64,000 nucleotides of DNA, taken from positions 28,494 through 92,493 of the forward strand of contig JBIKVS010000004.1 of the NCBI GenBank assembly GCA_044356725.1. The letters are read 5' to 3'. The notes beneath the pieces are model-generated. The model did not search any database. It was not told the origin of the DNA and saw only the letters and a list, made by a program, of their open reading frames with translations. Positions 28,626 to 38,563 of this stretch are shown piece by piece. Numbering within the stretch: the first letter of the stretch is position 1; every line of letters starts with the position of its first letter. The stretch is from Minisyncoccia bacterium. Lineage in GTDB: Bacteria > Patescibacteriota > Minisyncoccia > SW-4-49-11. A program made the position numbers and the translations under genes.

Positions 28626-28991
28626 ATGCAGAGAGAAATTATTACCATTGATGCAGATAATAAAAGATTAGGGACTCTTGCTACGGAGGTAGCTACTCTT
28701 TTGATGGGAAAAAACACAGCCAACTTTGAATATCATGTAGATGGGGGAGCTAAAGTTATTGTCTATAACACTAACAAATTATCCATTCATCCTAATAAAC
28801 TAGGATCTAAAACATATTATAGACATACAGGTTATCCAGGAGGAATTAAGTCAATAACTGCAGATAAGCAGATGGCTAAAGATTCAACTGAGGTTTTGAG
28901 AAAAGCTGTATATGGTATGCTTCCAAAAAATCGATTAAGAGCTAAAATGTTAGCTAGATTGGTATTACATAAGAATGATATAACTAAATAA
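28626..28991 (+). CDS. rplM: 50S ribosomal protein L13.
   Basis: MQREIITIDADNKRLGTLATEVATLLMGKN. Confidence 0.9.
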   Translation: MQREIITIDADNKRLGTLATEVATLLMGKNTANFEYHVDGGAKVIVYNTNKLSIHPNKLGSKTYYRHTGYPGGIKSITADKQMAKDSTEVLRKAVYGMLPKNRLRAKMLARLVLHKNDITK

Positions 28992-28994
28992 TTT

Positions 28995-29414
28995 ATGGCC
29001 ACAACTACTACAACCAAAGCAAGTCATTATTATGAAGGAGTAGGACGAAGAAAAGCTGCTACTGCTAGAGTAAGAGTAACCTTATCTCGTAAAAAAGAAC
29101 ATAGTATTATAGTTAATGATAAATCTCTTCAAGAATATTTTGATTTAAGTGATCATCAAAATAATGTAATTAAGCCTTTATCTGTTTTAGGAGTAGAAAA
29201 CTTTGATATTACAGTAAAAGTTACCGGAGGTGGTGTTACTGGACAAGCTGATGCTATACAATTAGGATTAGCTAGAGCTTTAGTTAAGTATGATGAGAAT
29301 TTGAAAAAGCAACTTAAAGACAATAACTATCTAACTCGTGATCCAAGAGGTAAGGAAAGAAAGAAACCAGGACTCAAAAAAGCAAGAAAGTCTCCACAGT
29401 GGGCAAAAAGATAA
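28995..29414 (+). CDS. rpsI: 30S ribosomal protein S9.
   Basis: YYEGVGRRKAATARV … C-terminal KKARKSPQWAKR. Confidence 0.9.
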   Translation: MATTTTTKASHYYEGVGRRKAATARVRVTLSRKKEHSIIVNDKSLQEYFDLSDHQNNVIKPLSVLGVENFDITVKVTGGGVTGQADAIQLGLARALVKYDENLKKQLKDNNYLTRDPRGKERKKPGLKKARKSPQWAKR

Positions 29415-29423
29415 ATTATACTG

Positions 29424-29454
29424 CAAAAAAGAGGGAATATTACCCTCTTTTTTG
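29424..29454 (+). terminator. Rho-independent terminator of the rplM-rpsI operon.
   Basis: 'gagggaatattaccctc' followed by 'tttttt'. Confidence 0.75.
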
Positions 29455-29518
29455 TTTATCCAATAATTAAAAATGTGTATAGGGCGATGGATCTTAGATA
29501 AAGCAATAAATAATTAAT

Positions 29519-29585
29519 TGTCCTCCTTTCTACCTACGGCAGATAAATGGAGGAGGTGGCACGAAGTGCCGGTGGTGGATAGATT
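29519..29585. repeat. Family C intergenic repeat module (cctcctttc…aggaggtggcacgaagtgccggtggtggat).
   Basis: Near-identical copy at 32158-32205; related copies at 1221-1268 and 8780-8825. Contains the tight hairpin ggcac-gaa-gtgcc. Confidence 0.8.
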
Positions 29586-29620
29586 TTAATACTGTAAGTA
29601 ATTAAATAAATTATTGAGGT

Positions 29621-31066
29621 CTAATTATTAAAGTTAATTAAAGGAGTTCTTATAGGAAATTGGAAGTATTGAACCTTATTCTCAATATCACTAATTAGAG
29701 TTCTAGCATCATTGTTAATTCTAATTGAAATAAAGTTTTGAGTATTGTCTAATAAGGTATAACTATTAATATTACCACGAGTATCTGATTCTACTACTTT
29801 CAGAGTATTATTTTCTACAAACATTATATATTCAGAGTTAGGCTCCCAGAATTCAGATTTAGTGATAGCTTCTTTAGAAGTATATAAAGTATCAAAATCT
29901 CCCTCAATTCTCGACTTATACCCTTCAATCGTATCAAGATATAGTTTAGAAATGGCATTTTCACCCTTTAGAAGGGCTTTTTTTGAATCTAGGCTAAATT
30001 GTATATCTTTTATCTCAAGTTCTGAAATTTTGTTAAATTCTGGGGTTTTAGCTCCTAGAGATTTAAGCCAAGCTTGTTGTTTGTCATCGATTAGTATAAT
30101 ATGCCCTTGACTTGGGCTTACAAAAATTTTACTAATTTGGATTTCAGGCATATCTATGGAGGTATTTTGTTTGGTATCAATATTATATATGCGAACTAAG
30201 TTTTTAGAGATATCTTTTGTAGAGGTATAATAAATATTATTATTTACAAATTTATATTGTTCCATATCTCCCACTAATGGCTCTGATATAGTACTAAACT
30301 GTTGTTTGACTTCATATAATGAACCTGCTTGTGTGAAGAATAGTCTATCTGTATCTAGACTTACAATTTTGACGGGGTTTGCAATTGTATCGGCTACAGG
30401 AATAAGATTAGTAATATTGAATATTATAGGGTTGGTATCTACATTAATAATAACAAAATATTGAAAAATATTATTAATAGAGGTTTTAAAGCTAAGAGTG
30501 GTACCAGTAGCATCCCAAATAAAATCAGAGTAATCTTGATTATCTAGACCACCTAAAGCCACGCTATCGGTAATTCTTTTACGAAGTTTGGTGTCTAAAT
30601 CTAATATCCAAAGACCAGACTCTTGAGGGATATAAGAGGTATAAAGTAGAGAAGAGGGGTTAGGGAGTCTACTAATATTACGAGCTACTGATAAATCTGT
30701 AAATTTATCTAAATTAGGTTTTTCTGGAAATAGAGTTACTTCACTTATCAATTGAACTAAAGAAGGTTTGATAGATATTTTTTTAGCCCATGGTTGATAT
30801 CCCTTTGAAGATAATACTACATCTAAATCTTGTGGAGCTAAACCTACCTTTAGAAGAGGGCTTTTTGACTCAAACTTGTCATTAATTGCAATCTCATAAG
30901 CTATTCTAGTATTAATTCTAATCCCTCCAGTACTAGTCAAAATTGCACCATCACCGCTATCTTTGCTTAGACGATACCCCATACTATATAGGACAATAGC
31001 AGGAGCTATGATAAAGAATAAGAAGATAAGTGTCCAAGCGAAGATTTTTTGTATAGTTCTATTCAT
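29621..31066 (-). CDS. Hypothetical protein with an N-terminal signal anchor; probably exported or membrane-anchored.
   Basis: 481-aa ORF. N-terminal TM IFAWTLIFLFFIIAPAIVLYSMGY. No recognisable catalytic motifs. Confidence 0.45.
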   Translation of the reverse strand: MNRTIQKIFAWTLIFLFFIIAPAIVLYSMGYRLSKDSGDGAILTSTGGIRINTRIAYEIAINDKFESKSPLLKVGLAPQDLDVVLSSKGYQPWAKKISIKPSLVQLISEVTLFPEKPNLDKFTDLSVARNISRLPNPSSLLYTSYIPQESGLWILDLDTKLRKRITDSVALGGLDNQDYSDFIWDATGTTLSFKTSINNIFQYFVIINVDTNPIIFNITNLIPVADTIANPVKIVSLDTDRLFFTQAGSLYEVKQQFSTISEPLVGDMEQYKFVNNNIYYTSTKDISKNLVRIYNIDTKQNTSIDMPEIQISKIFVSPSQGHIILIDDKQQAWLKSLGAKTPEFNKISELEIKDIQFSLDSKKALLKGENAISKLYLDTIEGYKSRIEGDFDTLYTSKEAITKSEFWEPNSEYIMFVENNTLKVVESDTRGNINSYTLLDNTQNFISIRINNDARTLISDIENKVQYFQFPIRTPLINFNN

Positions 31067-31075
31067 ATATTTATG

Positions 31076-31489
31076 TTAATTTTCATCTAGAGCCTTATTA
31101 GCAAGGGCATCAGCTTGTTTATTTAATTCTCTTCGAATATGGATAAACTCCACTGAGGAAAATTTAATTCTCAAATTCCAAATTTTAATAAAAGCTTTTT
31201 GAATAGCTTCGTCTTTTAGCTCATATATACCTGTTAGTTGTTTTTGAGCTAATTCAGAGTCAAGATAAAGTTCTACTGAATAATTTTTAGTATTAGTTTT
31301 GCCTACAAGAGCCTTAGCCTTTTCTAAAGCAACAATAATAGCTTGATACTCAGCATAATTATTAGTAGCGATACCAAGGGTTTGATGATAAGTTTTCACT
31401 GTACCATCTGGTAATTCTATTACTACTCCTATTGATGCTGGACCTGGATTACCTCTGGAGGCTCCGTCTGTATGTATTTTGATTGTCAT
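31076..31489 (-). CDS. rnhA: Ribonuclease HI.
   Basis: MTIKIHTDGASRGNPGPASIGVVIE and the DEDD catalytic arrangement; 137 aa. Confidence 0.85.
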   Translation of the reverse strand: MTIKIHTDGASRGNPGPASIGVVIELPDGTVKTYHQTLGIATNNYAEYQAIIVALEKAKALVGKTNTKNYSVELYLDSELAQKQLTGIYELKDEAIQKAFIKIWNLRIKFSSVEFIHIRRELNKQADALANKALDEN

Positions 31490-31669
31490 ATAAAATATAG
31501 ATTAAAATTATTATATCATATATTTTATATTTGTGTATAGTAGTGGGGGGATTAATTATAAATTGTGAATGGTGAATTATGCTTCGACAAGCTCAGCAAA
31601 CTCAATTTACTCTCGCTTGAGAGGGTCACTATAAAATATAATTATAAATTTAAATATTTTTTATAAATG

Positions 31670-31742
31670 TGGGTGCAGGTGGGCTCGAACCACCGACCAA
31701 AGGCTTAAAAGGCCTCTGCTCTACCAACTGAGCTATGCACCC
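31670..31742 (-). tRNA. tRNA-Lys (anticodon TTT).
   Basis: The reverse complement is gggtgcatagctcagttggtagagcagaggccttttaagcctttggtcggtggttcgagcccacctgcaccca, with anticodon loop cTTTTaa. Confidence 0.85.
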
Positions 31743-31811
31743 TTAAAAACTTAATACCAACATAGTATACACAAAATAAAATATTTTGCAACTATTATTG
31801 ATACTTTTATG

Positions 31812-31896
31812 TGGGCAGAGTAGGACTCGCACCTACGTAGCCTGAAAAGGCGTCGGTTTTACAGACCGATGCGTTTGACTGCTCCGCCATCTGCCC
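31812..31896 (-). tRNA. tRNA-Tyr (anticodon GTA), class II with a long variable arm.
   Basis: Reverse-complement fold: acceptor gggcaga/tctgccc, anticodon stem tcggt/accga with loop ctGTAaa, T-arm gtagg-tgcgagt-cctac. Confidence 0.75.
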
Positions 31897-31929
31897 AAAT
31901 GTACATACATTATACCATAGAAATATCTA

Positions 31930-32005
31930 TGGAGCCGAAAAGAGGACTTGAACCCCCGACCTACCGCTTACAAGGCGGTTGCTCTACCAGCTGAGCTATT
32001 TCGGC
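31930..32005 (-). tRNA. tRNA-Thr (anticodon TGT), with CCA encoded.
   Basis: The reverse complement is gccgaaatagctcagctggtagagcaaccgccttgtaagcggtaggtcgggggttcaagtcctcttttcggctcca, with anticodon loop cTTGTaa. Confidence 0.85.
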
Positions 32006-32157
32006 TATGGGTAATATAACTTTATAATGCACTCTATCAAATATATCACAATTTTAAATTTTTGTCTATTGTTTGTACTAGATGAGATGATCGTAGACAA
32101 ATTGCAAAATAAAAAGTTAAAGAATGGAAGGAACATATAAAGTATTATATAATTCAC

Positions 32158-32205
32158 TGTCCTCCTTTGGAGGAGGTGGCACGAAGTGCCGGTGGTGGAT
32201 TGAGT
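32158..32205. repeat. Family C repeat module. Family D ('gggtactccctccaaagggagaca', 32385-32404) follows in the same intergenic region.
   Basis: Matches 29519-29585 (C) and 57075-57116 / 59156-59197 (D). Confidence 0.8.
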
Positions 32206-32451
32206 TTAATATTATTATAAACAAGTGTTTATTTTAGTATTCCAAAGTATATCCACTCTCCCCCGTCGCAAATGGCATTTGCTCCTGGGAAACCTCACAG
32301 GTTTGACCAACCTTCCTCCACGGGAAAACTACCGTTTTCCCGACCCCTTTCCCAAAGGCCAAAGCCTTTTTTACGGGTACTCCCTCCAAAGGGAGACACA
32401 ATAAATTTCAACCTTAAAGTAATGTCTGTGATATTTCTCATCTTTTTCATA

Positions 32452-34362
32452 TTAGGTAGAAGTAGATGATGGAGTGGTCTCAGGAGTGGGAGTGTCGAGT
32501 TTATAATCATCTTTCATCTCCTCCCATAATGCCTTGACAAAAGATAAGTCTGGTTGCCTTAGAGTACTTAAATCTAATAGTCCAAAATGTAAATGTTCTT
32601 TTGCTGTTTCTAGGTTAATCCCAGATACTAATATAAGATTTTGAAGTTCAGGGTGTCTTAAGATCTCTTCTACTACTGCTTTTTGTTCAAGATAGGCAGT
32701 ATCTTTGGTAGAAGGAATAGACCGGTCTGTATTATTAAAGTTTATTGAGTTACGGAATAATCTTCTAGCACTACTAAGAGCTGTTTTAAGAGCTAATGAT
32801 TTTGACTTTTTTGGATTAACAGATATAGTACTTTCATAATAAGCCTTTACACAATCTAAATAATCTCCACCAGCTTGTTTTGCTGCCATAGCTCTAATAT
32901 AGTGTGGTACCGGAGGACTAGCGAATCCAAATAATTCTTGAGATGCTTTATCTTGATAATACATTGCTCCGCCTTCTTGAAATAAAACAGATCTATCACC
33001 TCCAATTTGGTCGGGATGAGTATAGAGAGGTAGTCCTATTTCCGCTGTATTTTCATCTTGTAAAACATGGACTATTTCATGTACTGTACCCTTAGTTAGG
33101 ACATCTATAATAGACCTATTTTTAATTGGTATAAATATAGTTTTACTTTTAGGGTGGGTTTCAAACACAGATTGGTTGGGCTTTATATAACATCTCCATT
33201 TATTGTCAGGAGGTTTAATATTATTATCTATTTGCTCTTGATCAGAAGGATGTTCACTTAATAATCCATACTCTGATAAAATTCTATCTAAATATATTTT
33301 TATTTGCTCGGGCTCAACACTTTCGAACTCCATTTTATTTATATCTAATCCTTGTTCTGCTAAAATTGAGGCTTTTTCTTGGTTTAATTTAATATGTTCT
33401 TCAGCTATTTCATCAGCTTGTTGGAATAGTCTATCATCGACTTGGTCATAATTTCCATCTGCATTCATTTTGCCAACTCCATATCTAAATTTATCTAATT
33501 TATACTTTGATTTGTGAGATTTTAAATCTGATTCAGCATCTAAAATAGCTTTATCTTCTAACGTTACAGCTAATAATACATTCACTTTTTTAATTATATG
33601 TTTGAGGCTATATAATTTTGAATGGATTAGAGCTAGACTTTCTGTTGAAGACTCCTGCTCCCCATTTGTAACAGCCGCTTCTTCTTGGAATAGGGTTGAC
33701 CTTGATTGTTCGAGTCTTGACCTTAGTTCTCTTAAGAATTCAATTTTTTTAATTAACTCGTCAGGTTTTTTGATAAACATTAATTTCTCGGGATTATCCA
33801 AACCTTCCACATCTAAACTACCACTCTCAGTGATGTGAGGTGATAATTGCTCTAACATTGTTTTGGTAAAATAATTAAGACTTTTTTTACCTAACAAACT
33901 TAAGGATTTAGAATCTAGTTTTCTTAAAACATCAATATTTTCTCTAATATCTATTGCAAAATTACTATTCTTAGAATCTTCGTCTGAAGATAATCTATCT
34001 AAAATAACTTTAGTTTTATCGGTAGAATTATCTAATAAATAAGCTGATAATATGGATTCTTGTAATACATTTTGTCCCTCAACGGTATCGAAATATTCAG
34101 GATACAATGTTTTTACATTATACTCTATTGAATATGCTTGAGCTAATTCATTTACAAAGGGGTTTGTAAATTCTATTAAACTATTTTTTTCATCTTCTGT
34201 TAATACTTCTTTTTCCCTTTCTCCAGACAAATACTTTAGAATTTCGTTTAAAAGTTTCTCTGCAGAGTAGGAAGGCCTTTCTGGATATAAGGATCTTCTT
34301 TCAGCAGTATTTTCTAAAGGTTTTGGTGTAGTTTCAAAAGACATATTAGTTTTTAGATTCAA
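32452..34362 (-). CDS. DUF1704/QEGLA-motif (bacterial MATCAP-like) HExxH zincin protein with a long N-terminal extension.
   Basis: 636 aa. HEIVH zinc-binding motif followed by FQEGGAMYYQDK (a QEGLA-like motif) in the C-terminal half. The family is known to co-occur with RimK-like ATP-grasp ligases. Confidence 0.55.
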   Translation of the reverse strand: MNLKTNMSFETTPKPLENTAERRSLYPERPSYSAEKLLNEILKYLSGEREKEVLTEDEKNSLIEFTNPFVNELAQAYSIEYNVKTLYPEYFDTVEGQNVLQESILSAYLLDNSTDKTKVILDRLSSDEDSKNSNFAIDIRENIDVLRKLDSKSLSLLGKKSLNYFTKTMLEQLSPHITESGSLDVEGLDNPEKLMFIKKPDELIKKIEFLRELRSRLEQSRSTLFQEEAAVTNGEQESSTESLALIHSKLYSLKHIIKKVNVLLAVTLEDKAILDAESDLKSHKSKYKLDKFRYGVGKMNADGNYDQVDDRLFQQADEIAEEHIKLNQEKASILAEQGLDINKMEFESVEPEQIKIYLDRILSEYGLLSEHPSDQEQIDNNIKPPDNKWRCYIKPNQSVFETHPKSKTIFIPIKNRSIIDVLTKGTVHEIVHVLQDENTAEIGLPLYTHPDQIGGDRSVLFQEGGAMYYQDKASQELFGFASPPVPHYIRAMAAKQAGGDYLDCVKAYYESTISVNPKKSKSLALKTALSSARRLFRNSINFNNTDRSIPSTKDTAYLEQKAVVEEILRHPELQNLILVSGINLETAKEHLHFGLLDLSTLRQPDLSFVKALWEEMKDDYKLDTPTPETTPSSTST

Positions 34363-35206
34363 TTTCTTGTATTATATATTTAGTGATAACTTCAAATAAA
34401 TTAATACCAGTAGTTGCCATAAATCCTTTAAATTGAGGAGCAGCATTTACCTCCATAATATAGTATTTTTTAGTTTCTATATCCTGAATTATATCCACTC
34501 CTGCCATATCTAAATCTAGAATTGCCACTGATTTTATAGCCATATTTAACGCTTCATCAGGGAGAGTGGCTATTTCTGAAGTCCCACCAAGGGATATATT
34601 AGATCTAAACTCACCTTCTTCAGTAGGGCTTCTCTTGATTACCCCAATTACTTTGTTTTTTAATATCCAAACTCTATAGTCACCATCATTTGGAATCATA
34701 GGTTGAGTTATTAGAGGAATTTCAGATTTTTGTACGGTATCCAAGATTGATTCTATAGATGAATGTTTCAGTATCTCCCTCCCTTTTTTCCCATTGATAG
34801 GCTTTGTTATAAACGATTGCTTATATTGAGATGTGAAATACCTTATTTTATCTACACTTTTTGATATGAGTGATGGTATTATAGATATGTTATTATTGCT
34901 TAAATTATATATTTCAAAGGTTTTAGAATCAATATAATTTGGCTTATGTCCATAAAATATAAATGGAATATTATTATTAATAAGATATTGCTTTAAGATA
35001 GGGCTGATATGCTTGTGTTTTTCTGTTAATCCTACAAGTACAAATTTAAAATCTTCAAGTAGTTTATCATCTATAAGTATCTTATTATTCAATAAAGCTA
35101 CTTCAGTAAACTTAATATGGTGAAACGTATATCCATTATACTCAACAAGCTTTTTAAATTCTATCTGAAATGACTCTGGAAAGTTAATAAATAAAATATT
35201 TCTCAT
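34346..35206 (-). CDS. RimK-like ATP-grasp peptide ligase, paralog A.
   Basis: ATP-grasp motifs ITKPINGKKGREI, DYRVWILKNKVIGVIKR, FRSNISLGGTSE and GVDIIQDIETKKYYIMEVNAAPQFKGF. Confidence 0.75.
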   Translation of the reverse strand: MRNILFINFPESFQIEFKKLVEYNGYTFHHIKFTEVALLNNKILIDDKLLEDFKFVLVGLTEKHKHISPILKQYLINNNIPFIFYGHKPNYIDSKTFEIYNLSNNNISIIPSLISKSVDKIRYFTSQYKQSFITKPINGKKGREILKHSSIESILDTVQKSEIPLITQPMIPNDGDYRVWILKNKVIGVIKRSPTEEGEFRSNISLGGTSEIATLPDEALNMAIKSVAILDLDMAGVDIIQDIETKKYYIMEVNAAPQFKGFMATTGINLFEVITKYIIQEIESKN

Positions 35207-35210
35207 ACAC

Positions 35211-36068
35211 CTACTCTTTAGTTGATATTAAATACTCCAGTAATAAATCTTCAACTTTAATATTAAATGTTTTATTAAAACCATAGAACTGAGGGTTTGC
35301 ATTTATTTCAATAACATAAGGTTTATTATCAGAATCAAATAAGATATCTATTCCTGCATATTCTAAAGATAATGTATTAGCTACATCTAGAGCTAGGATT
35401 TCTATTTCAGGGGATAGTGTAAATTTTTCACCAATACCTCCTTGAGATATGTTGGTGACAATAGAATCTTTATGAGGTTTATTTCTTTTCATAGCTCCAA
35501 TAACTTTTTTCCCAATTATTAAAACTCTAATATCCCATTCAATTGGAATATACTTTTGAAATAATATATTGTATGGTTTGTAAGTTTTATAATATTCATC
35601 TAATTTTGATTGAGAATCTATAATTTGAATCCCATTACCAAAGGAACCAGAGCTAGGCTTGACTAAAAATCTATTATCTTGAAAGTAGTTACAAATATCT
35701 TTATAGTTTAAAATATCAAATGACCATATAGTAGGGATTAAAGGTATGCTCGGATTGTTTTGAGATAAATATGAGTACTGTATAGTTTTATCATACTTAT
35801 GAAATTTTAATAAAAATTCTTTATTTAATTGTTTGGTTGAAGATGGTAGTTGATTAACATAAAAACTTTGTACTGGAGAACAATCAAAGTCTCTATGAAT
35901 TGCAAAATCTATATTATTTAGGCTTTTTTTAATATTATGAAGTTCATGTACAATTTCCTTAGTATGAATTACTTCTATATTAATATAACATTTTTGAGCA
36001 GCTTCTATGAGTTTGCTAATTGTGTTTTTATCAGAGTTATGACGGGTAGTAAATAATATTGTTTTCAT
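35211..36068 (-). CDS. RimK-like ATP-grasp peptide ligase, paralog B.
   Basis: FLVKPSSGSFGNGIQII, WDIRVLIIGKKVIGAMKR, NISQGGIGEKF and GIDILFDSDNKPYVIEINANPQFYGF. The start is set at the internal MKTILF (this parallels paralog A's MRNILF); the ORF-track start is 36107. Confidence 0.7.
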   Translation of the reverse strand: MKTILFTTRHNSDKNTISKLIEAAQKCYINIEVIHTKEIVHELHNIKKSLNNIDFAIHRDFDCSPVQSFYVNQLPSSTKQLNKEFLLKFHKYDKTIQYSYLSQNNPSIPLIPTIWSFDILNYKDICNYFQDNRFLVKPSSGSFGNGIQIIDSQSKLDEYYKTYKPYNILFQKYIPIEWDIRVLIIGKKVIGAMKRNKPHKDSIVTNISQGGIGEKFTLSPEIEILALDVANTLSLEYAGIDILFDSDNKPYVIEINANPQFYGFNKTFNIKVEDLLLEYLISTKE

Positions 36069-36141
36069 ATTAAGATAAAAGTATATAGACAGGGTTATTA
36101 CTATCAAGTATAATAATTATTATAACATATAATGTATTTTT

Positions 36142-37110
36142 ATGAAATTAGGTATTTTTTTGACCCCAATTGTTGAAGAGGCAGAGAATAGAGGTATAAG
36201 TATAAAACTATTCCCAGAGATAAGTAAAACTTTTGCTATTTTACAATATGGTAAGCATGAGGAATATATTCATAATACTTTAACAAATCATATAGGAGCT
36301 TCTACAACCAGGATATTAAAAAACAAGTATTTTCAATCAGTACTATTATCTGAAAAAGGATATATTACTCCCAAGACTCAAATAGTATATTTAGAGAAGT
36401 CCAAGAGAGATGAATTTATCCAAAACTTTAATCAATTTCCCTGCGTGGTTAAGCCATTAGATAACTATGGGGGTAGAGGAATTACGGTAAATATTACAAA
36501 TCATACTGATTTAGAAAAAGCAATTGAACTTGCTTGTGATAATAGTAAAAAGTATAAAGATAAATGTATAGTACAAGAAATGGTGAGTGGTAAAGAGGAG
36601 TATAGATTATTAGTGATTGGGAATAAAGAGGTGTTTTTTGTAAAAAGAACTCCATTTAGAGTTATTGGAGATGGTCAACATTCAATTCAGGAATTGATTC
36701 AAATATATAATGATGATGTTGTAAAGATTGATAAGACGAGATATGTCCGTATAGGAGACAGTATAATAAACATATTAAAAGAACAATCTTTAACATTAGA
36801 TTATATACCTAAAGAGCAGGAAATAATACAATTAAGTTATAAAGCTAACTCACATGATGGTGGTTCATCTGAAGAAATGACTGACTTTTTGCCAGATGTA
36901 TTAAAGCAGTTTGCTATTCAATTGTCTTTAGATTTTAATTTACCAATTGTAGGCATTGATATTATAACTAATGATATTAATAATCCTAATCAATGTATTT
37001 TAGAGTTAAATCTTACTCCAGGCTTAAATATACATGTAGCTCCAACCTTTGGAAAGCCAACTAAGCCTCAAAAAGCTATTATTGATCTATTGTTCCCAGA
37101 AACCATTTAA
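36142..37110 (+). CDS. ATP-grasp peptide ligase, paralog C (cyanophycin-synthetase N-terminal-like / RimK-like).
   Basis: CVVKPLDNYGGRGITVNI, EYRLLVIGNKEVFFVKRTPFRVIGDGQHSIQELI and IVGIDIITNDINNPNQCILELNLTPGL. Confidence 0.7.
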   Translation: MKLGIFLTPIVEEAENRGISIKLFPEISKTFAILQYGKHEEYIHNTLTNHIGASTTRILKNKYFQSVLLSEKGYITPKTQIVYLEKSKRDEFIQNFNQFPCVVKPLDNYGGRGITVNITNHTDLEKAIELACDNSKKYKDKCIVQEMVSGKEEYRLLVIGNKEVFFVKRTPFRVIGDGQHSIQELIQIYNDDVVKIDKTRYVRIGDSIINILKEQSLTLDYIPKEQEIIQLSYKANSHDGGSSEEMTDFLPDVLKQFAIQLSLDFNLPIVGIDIITNDINNPNQCILELNLTPGLNIHVAPTFGKPTKPQKAIIDLLFPETI

Positions 37111-37126
37111 GTTATTACCAATAAAT

Positions 37127-38560
37127 TTAACTTTCTTTTCTTGGGTCTATAATAAATTTTTTAAGGTCATTTTTCCCTAATAAAAATTGATATTTAAGAT
37201 GTGATCTTCTAACTATAGAGCAAGTAATATTAGTTACTTCATCGCCAACTTTGACTGGTATTTTAACAAATGGCCTGACTGTATAACCATTTCCTGCTTT
37301 AATTATAGCTACTTTTCTCAGTAAATGAAATTCAGGTTTTTCTTTTAATTCTAAGTTTATTTTATCGGTTAACTTATTTAGTGCATTATATTTTATCTCC
37401 TCTGGTATATCTAAAGCCCTAAATTCTTTTAACACATCTCCATAACCAAGTTTAATCAAAAGATCCTCATCGATACTGGAGGAGTCTGCCCCTGTATCTA
37501 CCTTAGCCAGTATTGTCTCTTTTTGATTATCTTTGCCAAAGAGGGTAATCTCTTCAATTAAGCCTATCACTTGTCGTCCGGTGATTTCCTCAATTTCTTC
37601 TTCAATTTCTCCTCCGAATAGGTCTTTTGCTAGTCTGATGGCTCTCTTGATTGTCTTAACTTTAAGCCCTTTGACCTTTTGTAATCTTTCTTTGAGTGGG
37701 GCTAAATTGGCAATTTGAATAGCAAGTCCTGGTCGGGCATTGGCTTCCAAGACTACTGGTCCAGCATCGCGGTCTATGGCAATATCTACTCCTGTAAATC
37801 CTAAATTAGTCACATCAGCAGTACGAATAGCTATTTCTAAAATTGTATTCCAATAGGGTATTCTAATTCCAGCTAAATTGGTTTTGGTACCTGGTATGGT
37901 GTCTATGAACTTCTCTCGCATAATAGCATTGGTAGTAACTCCAGTGGCCATATCTATCCCAACACCAATTCCTCCTTGATGTAGATTAGCTTTGCCATCG
38001 GATTCTTTGGTCGGAATTCTAATCATTGCCATTACGGGAATACGATTGAATACAATTACCCGAATATCAGGTATCCCTTTATAGGCTAAATGTTTGAAGG
38101 ATTTATTTAGTTTAATTCGCTCTTCAAAAAAGGCTATATCAGGGCTATTGGTACGGGAATATGTCCCGTCAAGAATATTGCTAATATGATTATGTATCAT
38201 TGTCTCACTAAGTTTAACTCCTTTGGTTTTGACCCATTGTCTTTCTCCATCGGCAGTTTTCTTTTTATGTTCTCCAAAAATCACGACAATTCCTTCCCCT
38301 CCAAATCCAGAAGTAGGCTTCAACACAAAGCTTTTTGGTAATTTAGTATAGTCAAAGTTATTTAGCTTTTCATAAGACCTTACGGAGGCTATGAGTTTAG
38401 GAGTAGGTATATTATTTTGTTGTAAAACTTTTTTGAATTTGATTTTATTGTCTACTAATTTGACCCATTTACGGTAGTTATAGGGCTTGATATAAGAAAG
38501 GTTGCGGGCATTCATCCCGAGTATTTTTTGACTAAATACGAATGCTTCCAGCCAATTCAT
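37127..38560 (-). CDS. Alpha-L-glutamate-ligase-like ATP-grasp enzyme fused to a C-terminal retropepsin-like (DTGA) aspartic peptidase domain.
   Basis: N-terminal ILGMNARNLSYIKPYN… then VLKPTSGFGGEGIVVIFG, IRVIVFNRIPVMAMIRIP, NLHQGGIGVGID and GVDIAIDRDAGPVVLEANARPGL. C-terminal KVDTGADSSSID. Confidence 0.7.
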   Translation of the reverse strand: MNWLEAFVFSQKILGMNARNLSYIKPYNYRKWVKLVDNKIKFKKVLQQNNIPTPKLIASVRSYEKLNNFDYTKLPKSFVLKPTSGFGGEGIVVIFGEHKKKTADGERQWVKTKGVKLSETMIHNHISNILDGTYSRTNSPDIAFFEERIKLNKSFKHLAYKGIPDIRVIVFNRIPVMAMIRIPTKESDGKANLHQGGIGVGIDMATGVTTNAIMREKFIDTIPGTKTNLAGIRIPYWNTILEIAIRTADVTNLGFTGVDIAIDRDAGPVVLEANARPGLAIQIANLAPLKERLQKVKGLKVKTIKRAIRLAKDLFGGEIEEEIEEITGRQVIGLIEEITLFGKDNQKETILAKVDTGADSSSIDEDLLIKLGYGDVLKEFRALDIPEEIKYNALNKLTDKINLELKEKPEFHLLRKVAIIKAGNGYTVRPFVKIPVKVGDEVTNITCSIVRRSHLKYQFLLGKNDLKKFIIDPRKES

Positions 38561-38563
38561 AGC

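Noticed and set aside
32272-32510. 65- and 71-aa ORFs on opposite strands.
   Set aside because: They overlap the repeat modules (family D at 32385-32404) and each other.
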